Source of the DNA: Felis catus
Taxonomy: Eukaryota
Direction: 5' to 3'
NCBI RefSeq assembly: GCF_018350175.1
Contig: NC_058368.1
Location: 145,020,001 to 145,084,000 of the forward strand
Length of the DNA: 64,000 bases
Shown: positions 52,211 through 64,000 of the stretch, one piece after another
Position numbering within the stretch: position 1 is the stretch's first letter
How the letters are laid out: the number at the start of each line of letters is the position of its first letter
The notes under the pieces: generated by a model
Databases searched by the model: none
What the model saw: the letters and a program-made list of their open reading frames with translations, nothing else
What the model was told of the DNA's origin: nothing
Position numbers and translations under genes: made by a program

Positions 52211-52838
52211 CCTACTAGTGATTCTTACTACATGTTCTTTAAATACACATATCCCACACAACCTGTCCTTCCACTAACTACTCCCAAACCTATCACATGA
52301 TTCTCTGACCACAGTGGCAAATCTCACCTCAAAAAAGAATTGTGAATTTTTCCTGGAGAGACTATGAAGCCTCAAAATTGCTTGCTAGTGACAGTGTCAC
52401 CCTACTGCCTGAAAAGAAACCTGGCCCCAAAGCAATTTCTTACAGTTGGTCAAATCTTGGGCCTGGCATCAAACCAGTGTTACCCACTAAACAAGAAAAG
52501 GCTGAACAATAAGGATGTTCCACCAAGCTTGGAAAAGTAGGAAGCAAGAGGCAGAGCATGAAGCAGAGACAGCAGGTGGGCCTTGGAGGAAGGGGAATGG
52601 ACCCCAGAACAGCACAAGTGTTGCTGCGTCCTTGCAATGAACACCATTCATTCCAAATTAAGCAAATCACTTCCTCGTAATCTCTTCTTTGCAATATTAA
52701 AGGAGCTAATATATTTCTACTATGTTTTTCTCAATTATGTAATAAAATGGATATCTCTTTACAAGTGGAATTAAAAGCAACAATCTCTACTCTTTCTCTA
52801 TGGATCTAAGACAGTGATTATAAAAAATGTATTGGCTA

Positions 52839-52973
52839 GAGAGCCTGGGTAGCTCAGTTGGTTAAGCATCTGACCCTTGATTTCTTGAGGTCTTGAGATC
52901 AAGCCTCTTTTCATGTGGTTCTGCACTGAGCATGGAGCCTGCTTGGGATATTCTCTCTCTCTCTCTGTCTCTG

Positions 52974-53004
<31 letters not shown>

Positions 53005-53070
53005 GCCCCTCCCACTCCCCCTCTCCTCTCTCACTTTCAAAAACAAACAAACAAGCAAAAAAAAAAAAAA
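52839..53070 (+). mobile_element. CanSINE with (CTCTGT)n
   Basis: gcctgggtagctcagttggttaagc head and A tail. Confidence 0.88.
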
Positions 53071-54828
53071 ACAACTATTGGAAGAGTCACAGAATCAATG
53101 GAGAAAAGGCGTCTCAAACTACATAACTAAAAATTCCGAAGCATCTTCTAAGTGGTATGCTTGTCCTCCTACCTTTGGAATGTGTGGAGTACAAGCACAT
53201 CACCACCAACAGAGTGATACAGTGGGATAGGGCAGAAAAAAAACCTATCCATAATGTTAGCTCATATGTCCAAGTTCTATAACCTCCCTTGAACAAAATT
53301 AATGCTGCCTGGCAGTCAAGATCTATACTCCAGAAAGAGTGGCTCTGCTACCGTGACCACTCCATAATACATCACCAGCAAATCTCCAATATTTTAACTA
53401 TCGCCTCAGGGCAAAAGACTTCCCAAACCTATCTCTTTAGCCCTATCCTCTCTACTATACTCCAAACCTGCTGCTCTAAATTATTGTTTGAAGTTCCTAA
53501 CATGATACTTCTCTTTAAATTGATCACATCCAAAGTTAAATTCATCTTCTCCATCTGTTTATAGTACCCATGCTCACCTTGAGTGAAATAGAATGTGAGT
53601 CTTCAATTCCTCATTTGTAAAATGGGAAGAATATTTTCCCATGACTGTTAAAATTTCACATAATTCTCTCACATCCAGTAATATATTACCAAGTCATGTA
53701 ATGGACCTTAATGTCACAATCTCTCCCACATTTGCCAGTTCTTTCTATCCCCCTGTCTACCCCTGAGGAACCACTAGGAGCCACACCAAGAGCAGAATCA
53801 TTTGCTCTAGCTTCAGATACAGGTACTGTGTATTTCCAATTAGCTCTCAGAGTAGAGGCATCAGGGCCACTAGAAATAAGAAACTCCAGAAGGCTCTGGG
53901 GGAAAGCCCTGCAGTTAAAGATAACATTTGAACACAGATGATTCCAAGACTGGAGAGTAACACTTACCCATCCATGCAGGTAAATCATGGCATGGTCCCT
54001 TGCCTGCTGGCATGATATTACCAAACATAAGACAACATTTTGATTCAATTTCTACTGAACAGTAAAAATTTTAAAGTAAATATTGAATATGCAAATATTT
54101 AAACCATGTATACTCTCAAATTAACTTCATTTTCCTTTTTGGGAATCCTTGAAAAATTTGTAATTTTTGATGATTTAGAGTGGCTATTTAACCTAGTGGA
54201 TTATAGTGTGATCCAAATACATAAAAAATTAAGAATCATCCAATAATAGTTTATACACACATATACATACGTATATGTATACATACTGTGTATAGAAAAA
54301 GAATAGAAGGAAACGTGAGTTACAGCTACTGGTAGAAACATTAATAACAATAAGAAGTAACAAATTAAGTCTTATTAGTACAGATGGGGAGAGAAAACCT
54401 AAAGAAAGCATTAAGACCTATGGCCTACTTAGAGTGGGAACAAACACGCCCATAGGTCCTTCAGAAGGCCTGAGGGCAACATTTCTTTTAGCATGGTCCT
54501 CTAATTAAGAATCATAATGGTAGTTTTATGTCTCCAACAAAAGTTTAAACTTTATGCCACTCAAACTACACAAAAATCTAAGATATTTGGCTATATAAAA
54601 ATATTAAACCTCTGATAATACTTTCTGCAAACATTTTTCCCCAGTTTGTTGTTTGACTTAATTTGGGTAGTGATTTTTTTTTTTTTTTCTGGGGCAGGGG
54701 CATTTAGGTACTTTTGATATATAGAAAATATAGAAATAACTAATATGAAAAAAAATGCCCAACACATAGATAAATGGGCAGGGACAATAACAAATATCAT
54801 GACTAATTTTAAAACATGGAGACTGTCA

Positions 54829-55054
54829 GGGCACCTGGGGGGCTTAGTCCTTTCAGAGTCTGACTTCAACTCAGGTCATGATCTCACAGTTCATTAGTTT
54901 GAATTCCGCCTCAGGCTCTGTGCTGATAGCTCAGAGCCTGAAGCCTGCTTCAGATTCTGTGTCTTCCTCTCTCTCTGCCCCTTCCCCAGTCACACTCTGT
55001 CTCTGTCTCTCTGTCTCTCAAAAATAAACATTAAAATAAATTATAAAATAAAAT
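54829..55054 (+). mobile_element. CanSINE with TSD aaaacatggaga
   Basis: Head, body, tail and flanking repeat are visible. Confidence 0.9.
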
Positions 55055-55537
55055 AAAACATGGAGAAGTTAAATATCATTGTGAATCAAAGAAATATATT
55101 AAAGAAATAATAGGATTTAAATTCTCACTTAAACACATAATATGTGAGGAAATGGACACTCAAATAATGCTGAGGACAATAAACTGGTATTATGCTTTCA
55201 AAACGAATTTGGCAATAAATATGCATCAAGAATTTGGAAAAAAATTTTATAAACTTTGACCCAGTAATTCTACTACTGGAATCTAGCTAAAGAAATTATC
55301 CTAAATGTAGAAAAACTTAATGCACAATAATTTTTAGCCAAAGATTATATAGAACAGAGAATGAATGAATGATGAAGAAATGAAGAAGAAACTAGCTGAA
55401 GTTACAGTGAAATATTTTACATTAGTTAATTTCATGTTTGAAAATATAATTCAGAATTTAATTATAAATTTATTCAATAAGCACTTAAGTGAATTCTCTC
55501 TGCTTAACTCCTGAACTTAAAAATCTAAGAAAATGTT

Positions 55538-55741
55538 GGGGTGCCTGGGTGGCTCAGTCGGTTAAGCATCCGACTTCGGCTCAGGTCATGATATCACGGT
55601 CCGTGAGTTTGAGCCCCACGACGGGCTCTGTGCTGACAGCTCAGAGCCTGGAGCCTGCTTCCGATCCTGTGTCTCCCTCTCTCTCTGACCCTCCCCTATT
55701 CATGCTCTCTCTCTCTGTCTCAACAATAAATAAACATTTAA
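55538..55741 (+). mobile_element. CanSINE with TSD aaaaatctaagaaaatgt
   Basis: Near-consensus sequence with a perfect TSD. Confidence 0.95.
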
Positions 55742-56276
55742 AAAAATCTAAGAAAATGTCACTACCACATGAGCAAGTAAAATTACTTCAAAATTACTTC
55801 GTGAAAATTATAAAATCTAACAAAGAAACAAATTTTTACCATTCATATGAATGAACTCTATTACACACCTATCATTTAACAGTACTAGAACAACTAAGTA
55901 TATACTAATAAAGCATCTACAAGAGATATTGTCACTCACGAGTCTTATAGTGAATTCTCAACTATCCTTGTAAATGAAGTACTTTACGGTCTGAGAAAGG
56001 GGTAAAGACCTAAATTCACTCAATTCTTTCTATAATCTAATTTGATATTAAATCTCTTCCTCCAAGGAAATTGTAGAAAATAAGGACCTACAGGCAAGAT
56101 ATTAAAAAGATTTCTAAGACAGGATTGTTAATTTGCAAACAAGTTTCCAAGGTATGCATAAATAAAAGGTGAATGCGTTCTATAGTTCAGAGCTAATTCC
56201 TAACTCTCTTTCTACATACATGTATATGTACATGTATCAATTATCTATGTGTGTGTGTATAATACATCTTTATTTT

Positions 56277-56750
56277 TTTTATTTTATTTTTTTTTAAATT
56301 TTTTTTTCAACGTTTATTTATTTTTGGGACAGAGAGAGACAGAGCATGAACGGGGGAGGGGCAGAAAGAGAGGGAGACACAGAATCAGAAACAGGCTCCA
56401 GGCTCTGAGCCATCAGCCCAGAGCCTGACGCGGGGCTCGAACTCCCGGACCGCGAGATCGTGACCTGGCTGAAGTCGGACGCTTAACCGACTGCGCCACC
56501 CAGGCGCCCCTATTTTTTTTTTTATTTTTATTAAAAAAAATTTTTTTAACGTTTATTTATTTTTGAGACAGAGAGAGACAGAGCATGAACAGGGGAGGGA
56601 CAGAGAGAGAGGGAGACACAGAATCTGAAACAGGCTCCAGGCTCTGAGCTGTCAGCACAGACCCGGAGGCGGGGCTCGAACTCAAGGACCATGAGATTGT
56701 GACCTGAGCCGAAGTCGGATGCTTAACCGACCGAGCCACCCAGGCACCCC
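56277..56750 (-). mobile_element. Two nested CanSINEs (56277-56510 inserted in the tail of 56511-56750)
   Basis: Outer TSD taatacatctttatttt at 56260-56276 and 56751-56767. Confidence 0.93.
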
Positions 56751-56781
56751 TAATACATCTTTATTTTAAAAAACATTATTT

Positions 56782-56990
56782 GGGGCACCTGGGTGGCTCA
56801 ACCAGTTAAACATATGACTCTTGGTTTTGCCTCAGTTCATGATCTCATGGTTCATGAGTTCAAGCCCTGCATCAGGCTCTGTGTGCTGATGGTGTGAAGC
56901 CTGCTTGGGATTCTCTGTACCCCTCACTCTCTACCCCTCCTCAACTTGCTCTCTCTGCCTCTCAAAATAAATAAATATACTTTACAAAAA
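56782..56990 (+). mobile_element. CanSINE
   Basis: ggggcacctgggtggctca head. Confidence 0.9.
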
Positions 56991-57007
56991 TTTTTAAAAA
57001 TCATTAT

Positions 57008-57271
57008 ATCATGGGAATGCAAGCTGGTACGGCCACTCTGGAAAACAGTATGAAGGTTCCTTTAAAAACTCAAAATAGAACTTCCCTATGACCCAGCAAT
57101 TGCACTACTAGGCATTTACCCAAGGGGTACAGGTGTGCTGTTTCGAAGGGACACATGCACCCACATGTTTATAGCAGCACTATCTACAATAGCCAAAGTA
57201 TGGAAAGAGTCCAAATGTCCACTGATGGATGAATGGATAAAGAAGATGTGGCATATATATACATAAACATG

Positions 57272-57321
<50 letters not shown>

Positions 57322-57699
57322 CAATGGAGTATTACTCAGCAATCAAAAAGAATGAAATCTTGCCATTTGCAACTATGCGGATGGAACTGGAGGGTATTAT
57401 GCTAAGTGAAATGAGTCAGAGAAAGACAAAAATCATGACTTCACTCATATGAGGACTTTAAGAGACAAAACAGATGAACATAAGGGAAGGAAAACAAAAA
57501 TAATATAAAAACAGGGAGGGGGGCAAAACAGAAGAGACTCACAAATATGGAGAACAAACTGAGGGTTATTGGAGGGGTTGTGGGAGGCGGGATGGGCTAA
57601 ATGGGTACGGGGCACTAAGGAATCTACCCCTGAAATCATTGTTGCACTATATACTAACTAATTTGGATGTAAGTTTAAAAAATTAAAAATAAAATTTAA
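57008..57699 (+). mobile_element. 5'-truncated feline-type L1 with internal (CA)n; TSD aaaaatcattat
   Basis: gggaatgcaagctggt...ccactctggaaaacagtatg...ccctatgacccagcaattgcactactagg; TSD at 56996-57007 and 57700-57711. Confidence 0.94.
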
Positions 57700-57880
57700 A
57701 AAAATCATTATTTCACAACAGTCAGCTAATAAAAATGGCCTAATGTTTTTTAAATCTAAATTTATAGAACAGTTAAAAGTGGATATGACTTGATATTATA
57801 GAAAGGACATGTTTATCTGTTGAACAGGATTCATCAAGTTTCCTTTATATTACATATGCCAGTTATAATAACATATAATG

Positions 57881-58084
57881 TTTTTTTAATTTTTTAATGT
57901 TTATTTTTGAGAGAGAGAGCGTGAGCAAGGGAGGGAGGGCACAGAGAGGAAGACACAGAACCTGAAGGAGGCTCTAGGCTCTGAGCTGCCAGCAGAGCCT
58001 GACATGGGGCTCAAACTCACAAACCACAAGATCATGACCTGAGCTGAAGTCAGACACTTAACCGACTGGGCCACCAGGCACCCC
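57881..58084 (-). mobile_element. CanSINE
   Basis: T tail, ending ccaggcacccc. Confidence 0.9.
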
Positions 58085-58405
58085 AACAATTAATTTAATA
58101 TTTACAAAACTTTTCAGGAATAAATACTATAATACGTACCACATTTTTGTAATGTGTGGATAACATTTTATTACGCCTCACAATTTTCCTGTGAGGGAGA
58201 AAGAGTTATGAACTATGTAGAAATATTATTAGGTAAGTGTCTATATAGTGGAAAGTCCAACTACCAATAAATGACCATGTCTATCAGTCTGCCCGTAATA
58301 TCCTGTATCTACTTTTCAAACTTAGGTCTATTACCAATTAGAGAACCTGTCTTTTTCACATTATCCTTTTAATACTCCAAAAAGATGTAGTGTTGAAACT
58401 GAAAA

Positions 58406-58483
58406 GGGCTCAAACTCACAGACTGTGAGATCACGACCTTAGCCGAAGTCAGATGCTTAACCGACTGAGCCACTCTGGTACCC
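58406..58483 (-). mobile_element. Isolated CanSINE 5' half
   Basis: Reverse complement reads gggtaccagagtggctcagtcggttaagcatctgacttcggc...gtgagtttgagccc. Confidence 0.88.
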
Positions 58484-58760
58484 TAATAAGCTGTGTTTTG
58501 TTTGTTTTTTTTTAAGTTGTTATACAATCTTGTCATCCTTCCACCTTTATACATACAGTGAATTAACCATAAGAATTTTTTCTTTTTTTTTTTCGGGGCC
58601 TAACTGAATGAATTTTAAAATTACAAATGGGAGTCTATTAATATGAAGGCTTTATTTGAATCTTTTTTTCTTTTTCCTTGCTAAATGTAAGAAGATGGGA
58701 AAATGTGAAGTTTTCATCACTGAAGTTTGGAATGGATGGATGTTTTCTTATATTAAATGG

Positions 58761-58877
58761 CAGCTTTCAGAGCCTGGAGCCTCTTCAAATTCTGTGTCTT
58801 TCTCTCTCTCTGTCCCTCCCCACTCACAGTCTGTCTCTCTCTGTCTCTCAAAAATAAATAAACATTAAAAATAAATA
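58761..58877 (+). mobile_element. Isolated CanSINE 3' half
   Basis: cagctttcagagcctggagcc...tctcaaaaataaataaacatt. Confidence 0.88.
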
Positions 58878-59115
58878 GGGGCGCCTGGGTGGCACAGTCG
58901 GTTAAGCATTCAACTTCAGCCAGGTCACGATCTCGCGGTCCGGGAGTTCGAGCCTGGCGTCAGGCTCTGGGCTGATGGCTCGGAGCCTGGAGCCTGCTTC
59001 CGATTCTGTGTCTCCCTCTCTCTCTGCCCCTCCCCCGTTCATGCTCTGTCTCTCTCTGTCCCAAAAATAAATAAACGTTGAAAAAAAAATTTATAAAAAT
59101 AAATAAATAAATAAA
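58878..59115 (+). mobile_element. Young SINEC_Fc inserted in the tail of the preceding SINE
   Basis: ggggcgcctgggtggcacagtcgg...cagccaggtcacgatctcgcggtccgggag. Confidence 0.95.
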
Positions 59116-59190
59116 TAACAAATAAAATACTACAGTTTGACAACATAACATTGCCAAAACAATTCCTTCACACTGATTTAATCCCTATAT

Positions 59191-59233
<43 letters not shown>

Positions 59234-60739
59234 CTTTTTTACAGAAATAAGTTAGTCCATTTAGTTATGGGTGGTAAATTTTTTTTTTTTAATAAAATTA
59301 ATCCCCAATGACAAAAACCTCCTTCTCTCTGCTTTACTTCTTTTTAAAAGAAAAGAAGTCAAGGTTAGGAAATAAAAAAACAAAAAGATGGTAGAGGACT
59401 ACAAGTGGGGTATTTTGTAAAGAATGGTCTAGCTATGGCCATTTAACACCAGTGAATTATAGGTATCCAAAATGCTGCATCCAAAATTTAGTCCCCATCT
59501 TTTGTCCTTAAATCCCAATGTCAGTAAGCATAAGACTTAGATATAGAGAACTGAAAGCAGACCAAAAGCAAATTAAGTTCTGTCTTTTCCAGTCACGTTG
59601 GATCTACAAAAGAGATCTCTCTTATTCCTGAGCCACTGTATAATTCCAGTATTGACCAAAGACATGTATCAGTGTCCAAATGTGACTCCTAGGTGATAAA
59701 ATGCCAGTAGTTAGCTGGATCACAGCTACCTAACAAGTAGCAAGGAGCATTTGACAGCTACTGAGAGGCTGCTCATGAGACTGTAAGTAGTTTAGCAGTG
59801 ACACTAGATCAGCCTGATCAAATTTTCAACAGAGTTTACAACCTAGTGCTAAGGAGGTGTGAAAAATTAGAAATCTCTTTCTAACATTGTCTTTTAAAAG
59901 TTCTTCATCATTAACAGCGAAGCTAAAAAACTGATTTAGAGTGTCAAAACTGTCTATGCAATGAGACTTCATTTGACTAACACCCAGTCTTTGTTTTAGC
60001 ACACTAAAATTTCTATTATTTTTAATATTCTCAATATCAGTCATAAAGAAATAGATACATGATATATATACAGATACTGAAGATACTAAATGTTCTAGGG
60101 CAGCGATAAATGAATCAGTTAAGATAGGGACAGGAAGGAAAGATTAAACAATTACATGAATAGCTGGGTACAAAAAATATTTAACTCTGCTGATGTCTCA
60201 TTGATGAGACAAGTAATATTTGGAAATATGATTTGAAATTAAGTGATATGGTGTACTTAGAAAAAAAACACACTTGTCTTATACAGACAGGCAAGTTCAG
60301 GATTAAAGTGACTACAATCAATTTGGGGGAACTAAAAAGCCTAAGATGTAAAAATGAGAATTAATAAAAAAAATAATTAATCAATAGTTTGTAGAAATAC
60401 AATTACTCATTGAAAATTCACAGTAAAATTTTCCAACCAATCTTCTATCTAATCTATAAACACTAGAAATACAGTACTGACTGTACTTGATAACAGTACT
60501 TATTCCACTGCAATCCAGCTGGAAAATCTTATACTTTATACCCAGGCTCCCACTTGCTTACGGAATCTTGATATATACAGTTTAAGTCTTTACTATCTGT
60601 TGGTGTTATCCTTTCAGAGTAGATTTTCCTTTACATTCACCCAGAATACTAGTAGCTTCTTAATCCTTGCTGATTAACCATGGAGATCTTCTCGTACTCT
60701 ATTTCAATGTTTTAACATCAAAAATAACACAGACACCAG

Positions 60740-61320
60740 ACCTCAACTTATGCCATGGAGGAGTAAGTAGAACTGAACTTGTTCTCTTTCTTTAAACAAC
60801 TAGAAAACTGGATATAATATCTGATCAAATCTGAGAGGGATTTAGGCAGCTGGAATTTGTGGGCAGAGTATTAGACAGGAGGGAACTACACAGGAAAAAG
60901 CTCCAACCATCTTGTTGCCCATGCATGAGGTGAAACTTTACCAGGCCAAGGAAAGAACACTGCTCAAGAACATTCATTAGAGAGCCATGGGTCACACCAC
61001 GGGTCACACATCAGAGGTAGGACTAAACTAGTGTTAGAGTAAAAGGAGACTGAAGCCTCACAACGGTAAGTAATTTTAACCACCTAACCAAGGTTTTAAC
61101 AGCATACAAGTCTAGCTAGATTGATATGGCCAGAAAGAAAGTAGCTTTAAGTAAAGATAAGTACGAAAAACAAAAAAAGTGATACTGGTTATCAACTCAG
61201 AGATATTAAGATAGCTTTAAGGTTGGTAAATGACTTGGCCAGTGGGTGCAAGGAGTATATGGGAAATCTTTGTACTTCATTCAATTTTGCTGTGAACCTA
61301 AAATTGCTCTTTAAAACAAA
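60740..61320 (+). mobile_element. Old L1 fragments (5'-region-like followed by a 3' end)
   Basis: aaacaactagaaaactgga; gtatatgggaaatctttgtactt...ttttgctgtgaacctaaaattgctct. Confidence 0.6.
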
Positions 61321-63926
61321 AAGATGGATGTGATGGATAATGCAGTTTCCTACTTCCTTCTCCTGTACCTTACTCCTCCTGTACTGTTTGGTATTTTGCA
61401 AATTTTCTATAATCAAGAAAAAATTATTTTAAAACTTAGTCATGAGCTCATAGCTCCTTCCCCAAGCTTATTATCTACATGTAACATTTCCTCAAGTAAA
61501 GATTAACAGTAATAGCTTAATAATGTTATTTCAATATATTATAACAAAGAAAATCTTCCTTCTAAGTAATGTAAATTATATATCCAAGAAATTAAGATAT
61601 CTAGAAAATATTTAAAAGATGTCTAATGTTTTCCTGCTGGTTACTAAGCACCAAAAATAACTTATTCAGAATTTTTTTCTGGCTTTACCACTCTTATTTT
61701 TCTTAATTCTTCCTACTAATTCTCTTTTGTTATATTTGCACATGCCATTTTGGCATTGAGACCTATTCTACTTTATATCTGTTCTCTTTTCCCATTCACT
61801 TTACATTCCCCACTACTTTTTGCACCTTCTTTTTTAATGTTTCCCCATATTCCAACTTCTTTATCCTCAGCCAAACCCTATGATCATCTAGCTATAACAC
61901 ACTTGGTAATGTCTTTACTTGGACCTACTCATTATTGTCATATTTAAAGCATACACATTAATATGCACCCTTAAGTGAGGCTAGTGCTTATGATCCATTT
62001 TCCACTTTCCTAGAATAATTCTGGAAGAGTTTTTCTCATAACAAATTCTAGCAATGTCTCTGATCTGTACTCCTTAAGGTATAGGCAGAACAGGAAAGAA
62101 AGGCTTCAGAAGAATACAGCCACAGACATAAGGAGACCCAGAACTCTTAACACTACAGAAAGAAGTGGGCAGGCGTTCAAAGGAAAAACTCCAACTCAGG
62201 AAAGACACAGGATAATTCTTTCCCTATGATTTTCAGTGGATATAAATGCACGGTAATTATTTTAATTTTTTTGAGGTAATTTTTTTAAAGATCCATATAA
62301 GATAATCAGAACTTTATGTTTCCCCCTCACCCCCAGGTCTTAATCTATTTCCTAGCATTGGTTTGAAATATTTAGACACTTACAGCATTTGGTCTTTCAG
62401 ACTGTTTATTAATCTCTTTCTTAGGCAACTCTTAAGCATCTATTTTGTGTAAAGTACTGAGAAGCAATGAAATATCATTAAGATCTATTAATGTAGAATC
62501 TGTAGCAATAGAGTCAGAGAATGCATCTTTACATCAAGAAAGAGTTTAACTAGTAGCAAAAATAATTCTAAATATCTGATGTTAGAAACAAAAACAATTT
62601 TCAAACATCCTGAGAAACTTTACAAATGAACACTTATGCTAATCACCATCAACAGTTAATAAGCTCCTACTATTGTTCTAGGTGTTAGAAAAAAAAAAGA
62701 GAGAGAGAGGGAGAGAGATACAAATTTTGCTCTCAGGTAATTTTCAGACTTGTTAATGGGATGAAACATATAATTAAAAATAAGATTGGTAATATAAAGG
62801 AGTATATGATGGGTATGCAAGCAACAAAACATAAAGAAACCAGAATAGGAAGAGACCATTATAAGAGACTCTTGACAAAAGGGCTTCAACTGACAGAGGA
62901 AATAGCACTTAATCTAGGTATTAAGGGAAATGGGATAAGCAGGAAGAAAAGGAGATTTTAAAGAAAAGGGTAATAGTATGAAAGAATTAGCTGTATTATA
63001 CTCAACAGTGGTAGTCAAAATAAAATTCTCTATGTACCTGAAAGTAATAAAATGGTTTCGTAAGATACTCTATTACTGAGACAGATTTCTACATTTCAAT
63101 ATACAATAGAAAGACTTTACTCCAGTATTATGGAATATAATATAGTAACAATACCAACTTCTATTTATAGTGTTTTATAGCTTATAAAATGCTTTCACAT
63201 ATGAAAGTCATTTATTATTAGCCATTTATAGTAATTTTACTTTATTAAGAATTTTTTCACATAATTCTCTTTTAATTATTTTTTTAGCTTATATTAAAAT
63301 GAGCCTTATTATGACATTTGTAATTTAAAAAATGTTTATCTAGAAGAATGTTTACCTATGGAATCTCCCAAATGAAATGTAGGTTATCATGAAAAGCTTT
63401 AGAATACAAAATTTACTTTCTATTCAAAAACATGAGCAAAAACCCACTTTTTATTTTTTTAATATCAGAAAGTAGAATCTATATTTTTCAAATTTAGATA
63501 ATGTTATTTTTATGCTTCAGCTATATTTGTATCTAAGACAAATATTTAAAATGTATCTCTACATAAGAAGCCAAAAAAGAAAAGCAGGCAGGAGGGACAA
63601 AAAACAAGATAAAACACCACATGAAGCTCTATTAAATTCATCTCCAGATAGTCAATTTCTAATCAATTGCACTAAGAAAGCATTTAGCATTCATGAGTGC
63701 CTAAATCAAAGAAAAGAGAGTGAGCTAAGAAATCCTGACTTCCTTAAGTCCAGATAGAAATAAGCAAACTAACTCCTTAATTTTAGATAAGCAATCATAG
63801 CATAATTAGCAAATTTGAAAATAAAATTTAGGAGATAACTAAAATATTTAGATTCCTGAATTCACATCCCTAAAGAAGAGACACTATGAAACACTGCACA
63901 AAATCTGATTAAGATTAGCTTAACAA

Positions 63927-64000
63927 GGAGCACCTGGATGGCTCAGTCAGTTGAGAATCCAACTTCAGCTCGGGTAATGATCTCATAGTTCTTGAGTTCG
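63927..64000 (+). mobile_element. CanSINE head, cut by the window end
   Basis: ggagcacctggatggctcagtcagttgag. Confidence 0.85.

Larger units (their letters stand above)
1..64000 (-). other. SSBP2: Window lies wholly within the SSBP2 transcription unit (part of intron 1 through part of intron 4)
   Basis: Three in-frame internal exons on the minus strand. No first exon or CpG island and no downstream exon (expected SAAAAPSP...) was seen in the window. Confidence 0.9.

Noticed and set aside
60194..60211. Hairpin tgtctcat-tg-atgagaca
   Set aside because: An 8-bp stem is expected by chance in 64 kb, and there is no supporting context.
1732..63757. The 60-121 aa ORFs in the supplied track
   Set aside because: They are SINE-derived (AQSVKHPTSAQVMISR-type), L1-derived, microsatellite-derived or random ORFs with non-ATG starts. 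The real coding sequence is in short spliced exons that the track misses.
1..64000. CRISPR arrays, rRNA, operons, prokaryotic systems, or a CpG-island promoter
   Set aside because: The sequence is mammalian intronic DNA and none of these patterns is present.

Overview
This is mammalian genomic DNA, AT-rich and almost certainly felid/feliform, judging by the SINEC_Fc-type CanSINEs and feline-type L1 3' ends. The whole window lies inside the minus-strand gene SSBP2. Three coding exons are visible: 50219-50291, 37426-37487 and 23084-23168. They splice in frame through canonical GT-AG sites to [73 protein letters not shown], the LisH/LUFS region. The rest is intronic, with about 45 CanSINE copies or fragments, L1, L2, MIR, MaLR/ERVL LTR and hAT remnants, and microsatellites. 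None of the supplied ORFs is a credible gene, and I see no new protein-coding system. The most unusual observations are structural: (1) a perfect 160-bp inverted duplication flanked by a 25-bp direct repeat in intron 2; (2) a perfect 96-bp tandem duplication with a fold-back junction; (3) an apparent ~355-bp inversion that splits a SINE; (4) a candidate 6-nt microexon; (5) a candidate recursive splice site. Exon numbering (2-4) and repeat family names come from recall, not from a database search.
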